Source of the DNA: Chthonomonadales bacterium
GTDB lineage: Bacteria; Armatimonadota; Chthonomonadetes; Chthonomonadales; Chthonomonadaceae
DNA: 47,804 nt
Direction of reading: 5' to 3'
Assembly: GCA_038217285.1 (NCBI GenBank)
Contig: JBBQPO010000013.1
Coordinates: forward strand, 1 to 47,804
Shown here: positions 25,048-34,562 of the stretch, in pieces
Layout: each line of letters starts with the position of its first letter
How positions within the stretch are numbered: position 1 is the stretch's first letter
Position numbers and translations under genes: made by a program
The notes under the pieces: model-generated
What the model saw: only the letters and a program-made list of their open reading frames with translations
What the model was told of the DNA's origin: nothing
Database searches by the model: none

Positions 25048-26306
25048 CGACGAACTCCCTTTCGGTCCGGCAGTTGCGGCGGCATCGGTGCCGCGAAACA
25101 GGCGAGGGTGCCCTGTTCCGGTCGGGTGAACAACCGCAGGCGGGCGCGAGGACCGTGCAGCAGCACCAGTTGTTGAGTCAGAATACGCAGGCCATGCTCC
25201 CGTCCACCTTCCGGCAGCAGGGCGCGTGTGCGCGTGGGAGTGTCCATGCCCTGTCCGTCGTCTATGACTGCGATCAGCGCCTGGTCTCGAAATCGACGGG
25301 CGACGACGCGCACCTGTCCCGGCCCCATCTGCGGCCCCACCCCATGCGTGATCGCATTTTCGACGAGCGTCTGTACCGCGAATCCGGGAATATGCGCCGG
25401 GCCGCAGGCCGGGTCGATCTCCCACACGATATTCAGGCGCTGACCGAACCGATGCTGTTCGATCTCCAGATAGCCGCGCACGTAGTCGAGTTCCTCATCC
25501 AGGCAGAGAGGCGCGGCCAGGTTGCTGTCGAGCGCCCGGCGCATAAGCTGGCTGAGCCGAAGAGTGGCGGCCTCCGCCTTGTCTGGGGCGATGCCGCAGA
25601 GGGCTGCGATGGACGTCAGGGTATTAAACAGGAAGTGAGGGTGGATGCGGGCGCGCAGCGCGTTCAACTGCGCTTCGGCAACGAGGGTATACGCCCGTTC
25701 GGCCGCCGTGCGGTTGCGTTCGCTGTCGGCGCGAATCCGGGCGTCGTTGACGATCAGCAGCAGCAGCAGCAGGCCGAAGGCATTTGCAGAGATGCCTGCG
25801 GTCACATGCCAGAGGGCGAACGGAATATGCAGCGCTCCAGACAGCGCAAAACGCACCCCGGCCGCTCCTGCCTGCGCCCCCGCCCCGGTGACGAGACCGC
25901 ACCAAGGCCGACGACGGTCCGGAAAGAGCCGCGCGATCCCCTCCGCAAAAAGGGCGCTGGTGATCGTCGTCAGCAACGTCGTCACATCGGCAAAAGGAGC
26001 CTCGAACAGTGCCGCCCCCAGACTCAGCACGGTCGCCGCTATCAGTCCAACGCGCAGCCCACCGGCCAGCGTCGCGAAGATCACCAGCAGCGTGTCCGCC
26101 ACATACGGCTGGCGTTTACCGGGAAACACCGCCTCTGTCAGCCCGATCAGGCCGAGGATCAGGCCCAGAAACAGGCTGCCCCGCAGGTCGCGTCGCTCAG
26201 CAAAAAGCAGTTGCAGCATGCGGCCTCGCGCCAGCAGGTAGGCCACGACGACAATAACACTGCTATCCTCTATAAAGGCGTTGATGACACTGAAATAGGC
26301 GTTCAC
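25044..26306 (-). CDS. LytS-family sensor histidine kinase (5TM-5TMR_LYT-like)
   Basis: N-terminal TM bundle; ALRARIHPHFLFNTL H-box, YLEIEQHRFG, QTLVENAITHG, DDGQG. Start uncertain (GTG 26306 or ATG 26348). Confidence 0.92.
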   Translation of the reverse strand: MNAYFSVINAFIEDSSVIVVVAYLLARGRMLQLLFAERRDLRGSLFLGLILGLIGLTEAVFPGKRQPYVADTLLVIFATLAGGLRVGLIAATVLSLGAALFEAPFADVTTLLTTITSALFAEGIARLFPDRRRPWCGLVTGAGAQAGAAGVRFALSGALHIPFALWHVTAGISANAFGLLLLLLIVNDARIRADSERNRTAAERAYTLVAEAQLNALRARIHPHFLFNTLTSIAALCGIAPDKAEAATLRLSQLMRRALDSNLAAPLCLDEELDYVRGYLEIEQHRFGQRLNIVWEIDPACGPAHIPGFAVQTLVENAITHGVGPQMGPGQVRVVARRFRDQALIAVIDDGQGMDTPTRTRALLPEGGREHGLRILTQQLVLLHGPRARLRLFTRPEQGTLACFAAPMPPQLPDRKGVRR

Positions 26307-26527
26307 ACCTTCTACTTCCGCAGAGGCAACGCCTTTCCCTGTCGGCATACAGGAAAACAGCAGCGATCCGTTGTACTTCGGCTATTTCACGGGCTGCGTT
26401 CGTCACCGGCGGTGACGACATCACCGCCTCCGAGGAGGAAGACCCTGGTCTAACGGCGAACGGGGATTGATATTCTGAAGTTCCCAATGCAACGTTGCAG
26501 TCACGGTGTGAGGAGGAGAAATCGACT

Positions 26528-27385
26528 ATGTACAAAGCCCTGAGTCCTGGCGCTATCGGCGTCCGAACGGCGAATCTCGAAGAGGCGATCACGGCCGCAA
26601 AGACGGGCGGTTTCGAGGGCGTCGAATACAGCCCCCATGAGATCGCGGATCGGGTCGAACGTCAGGGCGCGGCAGGCGTGCTCGCTCTGTTCAGCAAGGC
26701 AGGCATTCACCCGGCAGGATTCGGACTGCCGACCGACTGGCGTGGTTCCGAGGAGAACTGGAAGCAGGGTCTGCTGGAACTGCCCCGACTGGCGAAAGCG
26801 GCCCAGGCGGTCGGCGGCGCGCGAACGATGACCTGGATCATGCCCTGCTCCAACGAGCGCGCGTTCGACGCCAACTATCGGTTTCATGTCGAGCGGTTCA
26901 AGCCTATCGCCCGCATTCTCGCCGACAATGACTGTCTGCTCGGCCTGGAGTTCATCGGCCCGAAGACCCTGCGGGACAGTCAGAAATATCCGTTTGTCCA
27001 CACTATGGAGGCGATGCTGCGCATGGCACACGACATCGGCCCCAATGTCGGCCTGCTGCTGGACTGCTGGCACTGGCATACCTCCCACGGCACGGTGGAG
27101 GAGCTGCGCCACCTGAAACCGCAGCAGATCGCCTATGTGCACGTCAACGACGCGCCTGCGGGTGTCGAGACGGACCAGCAGGTGGACAGTGTGCGAGATC
27201 TGCCGGGCGCGACAGGTGTGATAGACACCACAGGCTTCCTGAACGCCCTGCAAGCCATCGGCTACAAAGGGCCGGTCACGCCGGAGCCGTTCCAGAAGAA
27301 CCTCGCGGCTCTGCCCGACGACGCGGCCCGGTTGCAAACCGTCGGCGCGGCGATGTCCCACATCTTCGCACATTTAAGCCTCTAA
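26528..27385 (+). CDS. Sugar phosphate isomerase/epimerase (xylose-isomerase-like TIM barrel)
   Basis: GFEGVE, LGLEFIGP, GLLLDCWHW, YVHVND, PGATGVID, GYKGPVTPE; ATG 26528 with GAGGAG SD. Confidence 0.9.
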   Translation: MYKALSPGAIGVRTANLEEAITAAKTGGFEGVEYSPHEIADRVERQGAAGVLALFSKAGIHPAGFGLPTDWRGSEENWKQGLLELPRLAKAAQAVGGARTMTWIMPCSNERAFDANYRFHVERFKPIARILADNDCLLGLEFIGPKTLRDSQKYPFVHTMEAMLRMAHDIGPNVGLLLDCWHWHTSHGTVEELRHLKPQQIAYVHVNDAPAGVETDQQVDSVRDLPGATGVIDTTGFLNALQAIGYKGPVTPEPFQKNLAALPDDAARLQTVGAAMSHIFAHLSL

Positions 27386-27503
27386 AAGACGGCGTCTTTT
27401 TGCGGGCTGCCATTTTGGGAACTGAACATATCACTGAATAGTAATAAGCATAGCGATGGGGAGGAGAGCTGTGGGGCGCCTGTCTGTCGGAAAGAGAGAG
27501 CGC

Positions 27504-27977
27504 ATGGCTTCGCGTTCCAGTCTGATTTTGCCGGGTGAGATGGCACCGGACTTTACGGCCTCAACTCATGCGGGAGCTGCCATTCGTCTGGCCGATCTGC
27601 GAGGCAAGCAGCGGGTGGTACTGGTCTTCTATCCCGGCGACGATACGCCGGTCTGTACCCGGCAGTTGTGTGAGTTGCGAGACGATTGGGCTGGCCTGCA
27701 GTCTACCGACACGGTCGTCTTCGGGGTCAATCCGGCGAGTGAAGCCAGACACGCACAGTTCGCGGCGAAATATCAGTTGCCGTTCCCGCTCCTCGCCGAT
27801 ACCGGCAGTCGTATCGCCGCCGCATACGGGTGCAGCACACTCTTCGGTCTCTTGATTCGCCGTACCGTCTACGTCATCGATAAGCGAGGCCGTGTGATCT
27901 TTGCGCAGCGAGGTAAACCTGCCGTCGCGGTGATCCGGGCGGCCTTGCACGCCGCGCCTTCAGAAGAGGAGGCGTAA
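27504..27977 (+). CDS. bcp: Peroxiredoxin, Bcp/PrxQ subfamily
   Basis: APDF, FYPGDDTPVCTRQLC (PxxxTxxC with CxxxxC), FPLLAD, RTVYVID. Confidence 0.9.
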   Translation: MASRSSLILPGEMAPDFTASTHAGAAIRLADLRGKQRVVLVFYPGDDTPVCTRQLCELRDDWAGLQSTDTVVFGVNPASEARHAQFAAKYQLPFPLLADTGSRIAAAYGCSTLFGLLIRRTVYVIDKRGRVIFAQRGKPAVAVIRAALHAAPSEEEA

Positions 27978-27989
27978 GAAAGGCATCTC

Positions 27990-29621
27990 ATGTATTCGTT
28001 CAACGGGGCGGCTGCGCCCACATCCCCGGAAGCTTCCACGCAAGGGCTTCATCCTGTCGTGATGCAGGAACCGCCGCACACCCGTTCTCATCCGCCTTCG
28101 TCGGCCCGCAGTATCGGTGAGAAGGCTGATACTCGTCCCCGCGCCGTTGTGATCGGCGCGGGACTGGGCGGGCTCTCGACCGCGATTCACCTCGCCCGAC
28201 AGGGCTGGCAGGTCGATATCATCGAGCGCAACGGCCGCAGCGGCGGGCGCATGAACGTTATCGAGCAGGACGGCTTCCGCATCGACATGGGTCCGACGAT
28301 GTTGATGATGCCGGAAGTGATTGAAAACACTTTTAAAGCCTGTGGACGCGATATGAACGACTATATGACGATGCGCCGTCTCACGCCCGCCTACACCATG
28401 ACCTGGCCCGACGGCGCGACGTTCGCTATGGGCGGTTCCGCCTCCGAGATGGTGGAGAGCGTACGCGCCTTCGCCCCCGAGGACGCGGCCCGCTTTCCGG
28501 CTCTGATGGCCGCGATGAAGGCCAAATACGAGAACGCTCGCCACAACTTCATCGAACAGTCGTTCAACTCTCTGCGCGACATGATGCGGCCCTCGACCCT
28601 GCGCGGCATGGTGCAGTCGCTGCCCCTGGAGAGCGTCTATAAGTTCGTCAGCCGCTACCTCAAGAACGAGCGCCTGCGGCAGGCGTTTACGTTTCAGACG
28701 CTCTATCTCGGCATCAGTCCCTACGACTGCCCTGCGATCTACGCGCTGCTCCCGTATATCGAGATGGAGTTCGGCGTCTGGTTCCCGCAGGGCGGAACGA
28801 TCGCCCTCGCCGACGCGCTGGAAAAGCTCTTCATGGAGCTTGGCGGGCAGGTACACTACTACAGTCCAGTCGAGCGAATCCTGCTGGAAGGCCGTCGCGC
28901 CGTCGGGGTGCAGACACGGGATGGGCAGAAGTGGCAGGCCGACACCGTCGTCTGCAACCTCGATGTGCCCACCGCTTACAAGCACCTTCTGCCGCCGACG
29001 ATCCGCCGCAAGCATACCGATAAAGCCCTCGCGCGCCGTGACTACGGCTGTTCCGGCTACCTGCTCTACCTGGGCGTGAAACATATCCCCAGCGACTGGA
29101 GCCACAATATGATCGTGCTGAGCGACCGCTACGACGAGGTGCTCGCCGACATCTGTGTGCACAAGCGACTGCCGCGCGATCCCGCCATGCATGTCTGCAT
29201 TCCGACCCGCACCGACCCGACCCTTGCGCCTCCCGGCCATGACGTCGTCTATATCCTCGTTCCCTGCCCCAACGCGCAGGCCGACATCGATTGGCCGACG
29301 GAAGGGCCCAAACTACGGGATCGCGTTCTCGACAAGCTCGAAGCCAGTGGCCTGCCGGGTCTGCGCGAGAGCATCGTATTCGAGAAGTCCTTCACGCCGC
29401 CGGAGTTCGAAGAGGTCTATGGCTGCTATGCGGGCGCTGCCTACAGCGGCCTCTCGCCGACCTTCCTGCAGTCGGCCTATTTTCGGCCGCACAGCCGCTC
29501 GGAAGAGGTGGCGGATCTCTATTTCGTCGGTGCAGGCACCCACCCCGGCGGCGGTGTGCCGATTGTGCTGACCTCGGGGCGCCTCGCCGCCGAGGAGATC
29601 GTCGCCGCCCGCAGAAAGTAG
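27990..29621 (+). CDS. crtN: Phytoene desaturase family, 4,4'-diapophytoene desaturase (CrtN)-like
   Basis: GAGLGGL FAD motif, DMGPT, FQTLYLG..P....IYALLPYIEMEFGV, GLSPTFLQSAYFRP, GAGTHPGGGVPIVLTS resemble CrtN. Start may be further downstream. Confidence 0.8.
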   Translation: MYSFNGAAAPTSPEASTQGLHPVVMQEPPHTRSHPPSSARSIGEKADTRPRAVVIGAGLGGLSTAIHLARQGWQVDIIERNGRSGGRMNVIEQDGFRIDMGPTMLMMPEVIENTFKACGRDMNDYMTMRRLTPAYTMTWPDGATFAMGGSASEMVESVRAFAPEDAARFPALMAAMKAKYENARHNFIEQSFNSLRDMMRPSTLRGMVQSLPLESVYKFVSRYLKNERLRQAFTFQTLYLGISPYDCPAIYALLPYIEMEFGVWFPQGGTIALADALEKLFMELGGQVHYYSPVERILLEGRRAVGVQTRDGQKWQADTVVCNLDVPTAYKHLLPPTIRRKHTDKALARRDYGCSGYLLYLGVKHIPSDWSHNMIVLSDRYDEVLADICVHKRLPRDPAMHVCIPTRTDPTLAPPGHDVVYILVPCPNAQADIDWPTEGPKLRDRVLDKLEASGLPGLRESIVFEKSFTPPEFEEVYGCYAGAAYSGLSPTFLQSAYFRPHSRSEEVADLYFVGAGTHPGGGVPIVLTSGRLAAEEIVAARRK

Positions 29622-29626
29622 CCCTT

Positions 29627-31135
29627 ATGGAATCGTTTCTTTCCTGTAATCCGGCGACAGGTGAAACGGTCGGGTCCTTTGCGACACGTTCGCCGGTCGA
29701 AGTGGCGGAGGCCGTCGCCCATGCGCGGAATCTGGCGGAGGCGTGGCGACGACGCTCAGTGCAGGAGCGCTGCACGGCTCTGCGGCGCTGGCGGGAGCGC
29801 CTGACCGCAGACGCCGACGGTATGGCGGTGACGGTGACGACCGAGATCGGCAAACCGCTGCAAGAATCACTGGGAGCGGACCTGCTGCCCTCCCTGGCAG
29901 CACTGCGCTGGCTGGAGCGAGAGACGGCGCGTGTTTTGCGCCTGCGGCGGGTGGGCGGAGCGCAATTGACCGCCGAACCGTATGGAGTGGTTGGGGTGAT
30001 CGGAACCTGGAACTATCCCCTGCTGCTCAATGTCGCGCCGATAGCCTGGGCGCTCGCGGCGGGCAATGCGGTGGTCTTCAAACCTTCGGAGTTGGCTACC
30101 GCCTCGGCCCTGCGCCTCGTGGGCCATGCCGACGCCGTCGGTCTGCCGGTCGTCGCCGTGACCGGCGGCGGAGATACAGGACGCGCGCTCTGTCGGGTGG
30201 GCGTCGACAAGCTGGCCTTTACGGGCGGTGTGCGCACCGGGCGGGCGATCCTGTCGGAACTGGCGGAGCACAATACGCCTGCCGTCATGGAGCTCTCCGG
30301 CAACGACGCCTTTGTGGTCTGCGCCAACGCCGATGTGGCGTTGGCAGCGCGTTCGGCGGTATGGGGTCGGGTTTGCAACGCCGGTCAGAGTTGCATCGCC
30401 CCGCAGCGTTTCTATGTTGTGCGCGAACGAGCCGAGGCTTTTCTGGAGGCGTGCAGAGCAGAGCTGGAGCATCTGCGACCGGGCCTCGACTTTGGCCCGA
30501 TGCGCACCGCCCTCCTGCGCGATACCGCGCACCGTCTCGTCTGGCAGGCCCTCGCGCAGGGCGCGGAGCTGCGCACGGGTGGACGCTGCCTGACAGAACT
30601 GCCCGGCTTCCACTACGCCCCGACGCTCCTCGCGGAGTGTACGGACGATATGGCAATCATGGCCCAGGACTTCTTCGGCCCCGTCCTGCCTGTCTGTATC
30701 GTGCGCGACGCAGACGAGGCGATTCAGCGCATCAATGCCAGTGAGATGGCGCTCGGAGCGAGCATCTGGACACGTGATCTGCGGCAGGGGAGGGCGCTGG
30801 CGGGGCGCCTGCGGGTCGGTCTGGCGGCGATCAATCAGGATACCCTTCTGCTCGGCGCGAATCCGGCGCTGCCCTTTGGCGGACTGCGCGCCAGCGGCTT
30901 CGGCAAACAGCGGGGAACGGCTGGCCTGGAAGAGTTTGTCCACTGGAAAGTGACGGCGATAAGCGCGTCCGGCGGCGAACGGCGGCACCTCTTTCCCTAC
31001 GGCCCGGCGACTCTGCCGATCCTGCGCAGCTTGCTCGCCTTTCAAAACGCCCCCACACTGCGGGCGAGGCTGGGGGCCCTGCGCCAGCTCGTGCGCGCCG
31101 CCACCGACTATCAGAAACAGAACAGAGGAGAGTAG
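29627..31135 (+). CDS. Aldehyde dehydrogenase, probable diapolycopene-aldehyde oxidase (AldH-like)
   Basis: NPATGE, WNYP, KPSE, FTGG, MELSGND (catalytic E), GQSC (catalytic C), PFGG; lies between crtN- and crtP-like genes. Confidence 0.88.
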   Translation: MESFLSCNPATGETVGSFATRSPVEVAEAVAHARNLAEAWRRRSVQERCTALRRWRERLTADADGMAVTVTTEIGKPLQESLGADLLPSLAALRWLERETARVLRLRRVGGAQLTAEPYGVVGVIGTWNYPLLLNVAPIAWALAAGNAVVFKPSELATASALRLVGHADAVGLPVVAVTGGGDTGRALCRVGVDKLAFTGGVRTGRAILSELAEHNTPAVMELSGNDAFVVCANADVALAARSAVWGRVCNAGQSCIAPQRFYVVRERAEAFLEACRAELEHLRPGLDFGPMRTALLRDTAHRLVWQALAQGAELRTGGRCLTELPGFHYAPTLLAECTDDMAIMAQDFFGPVLPVCIVRDADEAIQRINASEMALGASIWTRDLRQGRALAGRLRVGLAAINQDTLLLGANPALPFGGLRASGFGKQRGTAGLEEFVHWKVTAISASGGERRHLFPYGPATLPILRSLLAFQNAPTLRARLGALRQLVRAATDYQKQNRGE

Positions 31136-31154
31136 CCTCCTCGGAGAGTGAAAC

Positions 31155-32711
31155 ATGGCGCAGATAGCGATTGTAGGCGGCGGACTGGCCGGATGTGCGG
31201 CAGCAGTGCGGTTGGCACACGCAGGACACACGGTGACGCTGTTCGAGAAGAACACGCATCTCGGCGGAAAGATGAACGTCTGGGAGCAGGACGGCTACTA
31301 TTTCGACATGGGGCCGACCATCCTCACCAAGCCTGACGTCATCGACCGCCTCTTCAGCGACGTCGGAAAACGCCGCGCCGACTATTTCGATCTCGTCTCC
31401 CTCGATCCGCAGTGGCGCGCCTTTTTCGCGGATGGCAGCCGCTTCGACCTCTACACCTCCCTGCAGGAGATGACGGCGGAGCTGAACCGTTTTGCGCCGG
31501 AAGAGTTGTCGAACTATCTCGAGTTTCTCTCCTACGCGCAGCGCATGAACGGCATCACCGACCGCTGGTTCTACTGGAAATCGTACGGCAGCATTCGCGA
31601 CATGATGCGCGCGAATCCCACGAACCTCCAGTCACTCGGCCTCGCCATGCAGATGGACCCGCTGACCACGATGCACCAGGCCATCCGCAAGCATTTCAAG
31701 GACGAGCGGCTGGCGCAGTTGTTCGAGCATTTCGTGCAGTACGTCGGCTCGTCGCCGTTCGTGGCGCCCGCCATTCTGTGCCTGATCGCCTGGGTGCAGA
31801 TCGGGCTGGGATGCTGGTATGCCGTCGGGGGAACCGGGGAGATCGCGCGGGCGCTCACGAAGCTCTGCGCGGAGTTCGGGGTCAAAACTCGATTCGGAAC
31901 CTCTATCGAAAAGATCGAGACGCTGAATGGCAAGGTCGTCGGGGTCGTGCCGGAGGGCGGGGAGTTGGAACGGTTCGATGTCGTGGTCGCGAACTCCGAC
32001 ATCGTGCGCACCCTGGAATCGCTGCTGACGGACGCCCCCTCGAAGAAATACCTGCGCAAGCAGGAGAAGCAGTTGGAGCCAGCCTGTTCAGGGATCGTGC
32101 TCTATCTCGGCTGCAACCGCACCTGGCCCGACCTGCGGCATCACGACTTCTTCTTTTCCGCCGACAGCGACGCCGAGTTCCGCGACCTCTACGAGCGCAA
32201 AGTCCCCCATGAAGACCCGACCTGTTACCTGGCCGTGCCCAGTCTGACCGATCCCGCGGTCGCGCCGCCCGGCTGCACCGCGCTCTACGTCCTCGTCCAC
32301 TGTCCCTATCTCACCGACGCGTTCGACTGGGAGCAGGAGACGGAGCGCTACCGGGACGTCATTATCGACAAACTTGAGCGCGGCGGTCTCACAGGGTTGC
32401 GGGCCAGCATCCAGGTCTCGCGCACCGTCACTCCCCGTGATCTGGAGCAGATGTATTCCGTCAACCGGGGCGCGATCTACGGCGTCGTCACGCAGCGCGG
32501 CCTCAACTCCGCCTTCAAAACCGGAAACCGCAGCAGCCTCATCCAGGGGCTCTACTGGGCGGGCGGCAGCGTCAACCCCGGCCCCGGCGTCCCGATGGTC
32601 CTGATGTCCGGCCAGATCGCCGCCAACTGCGTCCTCGAAGACATCGGTCCCGGCAACGACCCGCATTCTCCTGTCAAATCCGTCTCTGAACTCGCCGGGA
32701 GGTCGTTATGA
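31155..32711 (+). CDS. crtP: Phytoene desaturase family, diapolycopene oxygenase (CrtP/CrtNb)-like
   Basis: GGGLAG FAD motif, YVGSSP..APA.L, NRGAIYGVV, GGSVNPGPGVPMV resemble CrtP. Confidence 0.8.
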   Translation: MAQIAIVGGGLAGCAAAVRLAHAGHTVTLFEKNTHLGGKMNVWEQDGYYFDMGPTILTKPDVIDRLFSDVGKRRADYFDLVSLDPQWRAFFADGSRFDLYTSLQEMTAELNRFAPEELSNYLEFLSYAQRMNGITDRWFYWKSYGSIRDMMRANPTNLQSLGLAMQMDPLTTMHQAIRKHFKDERLAQLFEHFVQYVGSSPFVAPAILCLIAWVQIGLGCWYAVGGTGEIARALTKLCAEFGVKTRFGTSIEKIETLNGKVVGVVPEGGELERFDVVVANSDIVRTLESLLTDAPSKKYLRKQEKQLEPACSGIVLYLGCNRTWPDLRHHDFFFSADSDAEFRDLYERKVPHEDPTCYLAVPSLTDPAVAPPGCTALYVLVHCPYLTDAFDWEQETERYRDVIIDKLERGGLTGLRASIQVSRTVTPRDLEQMYSVNRGAIYGVVTQRGLNSAFKTGNRSSLIQGLYWAGGSVNPGPGVPMVLMSGQIAANCVLEDIGPGNDPHSPVKSVSELAGRSL

Positions 32712-32747
32712 CGAAACCGGGCCTCGACGGATGGAGTAAGAAAATAT

Positions 32748-33722
32748 ATGAGAACCCGAACTGCCAGACCGATCACAGACAGTGAGAAGAGCCATCACCT
32801 GGTGCGACGCCTCGGCAGTTGGAACGCAAAAGAACGCCGCAGCGCGCAACAGGAGTTTACGCGAATGGCGACCGAAGATCCCGCCCTGTTCCACGCGGAC
32901 CTTGCGGACATCATCCGCGCTATCACGGGCGATCGGAAAGGCGCCCGAATCGGCATCGCCCTCGCGGTAGCGTTCTCTTATCCGGCCTGTGTGATCCTTC
33001 TGGCATTGGGACAAAGTCGTATTCTAGTCACCCCTCTGCTGTGGGCCGTGGCCGTCCTTATACCGGTCCTTCTCACAGGCTTTGGCATGTTTAAGGCAAT
33101 CGACTGTCCACACAGGAAACATCTGGCGGAGTGCATTACGGACATCGATGATCTGAACACTCTCCCGGCTTTGATCGAGTTGTTGGAGTTCACCGACTCT
33201 AACGTTCGGCGCGCGATCATACCGCCCATGACGCGCCTGCTTCTCCGTCTGCGCGATTCCGACGCCTATCTGCTCGGCTTCCTCCACCGGTCGGTGCTGG
33301 CCCGCACACTCAGTACGCCTCGCACACGCAAACTCCCCGCCTCATTTTTTCTCGCCGTGCTGCAGGCGTTCGAGAAGATCGGTGACAGCCAGGCGCTGCC
33401 AGCCGTCACATGGCTGGCGCACGGCAAAGGCGTGGCGCGCGACTGTCCACCCCTTCAGGCTGCCGCCCAGGCGTGCGTGACGCACCTGCAGGGACAGCTT
33501 CGCCGCCGCCAGGCCCCTTACCTGCTGCTCCGGCCTTCGTCGCTCGCGGAGGCCTCCAACTCCCTCTTACGACCTATCGCCACCTCTCCGGATGCCGCGC
33601 CGCACGAGCTGCTCCGCGCGAACAACACCCCGTATGGATCGGAAACAACCTCGTCTCGCGACCCTGTTGCAGCGGTGTCTGAACTCGTTCCCATCCGTCT
33701 TCGCCAGCACGAAATTTCGTAG
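32748..33722 (+). CDS. Membrane protein (2 TM + HEAT-like + triple LLR tail), paralog of the 1-944 gene
   Basis: Two hydrophobic segments, LPALIELL, AVLQAFEKIGDSQALP, tail YLLLRPS...SLLRPI...ELLRAN; GGAG upstream. Confidence 0.8.
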   Translation: MRTRTARPITDSEKSHHLVRRLGSWNAKERRSAQQEFTRMATEDPALFHADLADIIRAITGDRKGARIGIALAVAFSYPACVILLALGQSRILVTPLLWAVAVLIPVLLTGFGMFKAIDCPHRKHLAECITDIDDLNTLPALIELLEFTDSNVRRAIIPPMTRLLLRLRDSDAYLLGFLHRSVLARTLSTPRTRKLPASFFLAVLQAFEKIGDSQALPAVTWLAHGKGVARDCPPLQAAAQACVTHLQGQLRRRQAPYLLLRPSSLAEASNSLLRPIATSPDAAPHELLRANNTPYGSETTSSRDPVAAVSELVPIRLRQHEIS

Positions 33723-33837
33723 GCGCTCGAAATACTCGGCTTGTCGCTCTTCCCGGTGCTACACTGTTGCCCCACCTGGTATTTCCTAAACGGCTCGACC
33801 GTGTGCCGACACTGGAGGGAGACGCGAACGACGATCC

Positions 33838-34392
33838 CTATGCCGTTACCGGGTCGCCGGGGAAACGATCCGGATATTCGGGCAGGTCACGGTTGAGGCA
33901 TCTGATCTTTTCCCACTGTAACGCGCGGCATTGGATGGCCAACCATTGATCCGGTTGGCTGTGGTGATGGAACTCCAATCGATGTTCGATCCTGCCCTCA
34001 GCCGCCGTGTCCACCTCATGCCGGCTGAGGTCTGCGTCGAAGAGGCCAGCGGAAACTGTACTTCGCGCCAGTCGTGCCAATAATCGCGCGTCTTCGGGTG
34101 TCATCTCCGCCTCTTTGTACGTCACAACGAGGTCGTAGTAACCCATAACGAGGTCGCCGCAACGCATAATCAGGGTGAGCCTTCCCCCGGCTCGGTCAAA
34201 CGTGACCTGTACGATCAATCCGTCATCCATGCCGCGCAACTCCGCCAACTCTATCACAGAAGAGGGAAGGACGCCGCGCAGGCTGGCAAGGTGATCCGCG
34301 CAGGCCTGGACATATCCTGCCCACGCTTTCTGATGGGCGCGTCTAGCGGCACGGGTGTTTTCAACCAGCGATGGAGGCTCGTCAAACTTCAT
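33838..34392 (-). CDS. Hypothetical protein (loosely DUF4085-like)
   Basis: Protein-like composition (HLASLRGVLP...MDDGLI...LTLIMRCGDLVMGYYDLVVTY...HEVD...IEHRLEF); start uncertain (ORF extends to 34470). Confidence 0.55.
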   Translation of the reverse strand: MKFDEPPSLVENTRAARRAHQKAWAGYVQACADHLASLRGVLPSSVIELAELRGMDDGLIVQVTFDRAGGRLTLIMRCGDLVMGYYDLVVTYKEAEMTPEDARLLARLARSTVSAGLFDADLSRHEVDTAAEGRIEHRLEFHHHSQPDQWLAIQCRALQWEKIRCLNRDLPEYPDRFPGDPVTA

Positions 34393-34562
34393 ATCGGGCA
34401 CATGTTCCAATCTTAACGCAGGGGCCGTAGAAAAGACGTGGGAGCGAAACAAGAGGCCACCTCTGCACACCTATCGAATGCAAGAGACTCCGGCGAAGGC
34501 TCGAAGTCAAAGATAATTCGCATCGTGTGCTTGCTCCCAGACGGTTCGAGGTGCAGAACTCT

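Noticed and set aside
27384-27401. AAAAGAC-GGC-GTCTTTT palindrome as a terminator
   Set aside because: The stem is short and AT-rich; not enough support.
32708-32785. 25-codon ORF coupled to the crtP stop by ATGA, as a remnant of a lost crt gene
   Set aside because: Too short, with no recognisable similarity; may be chance.
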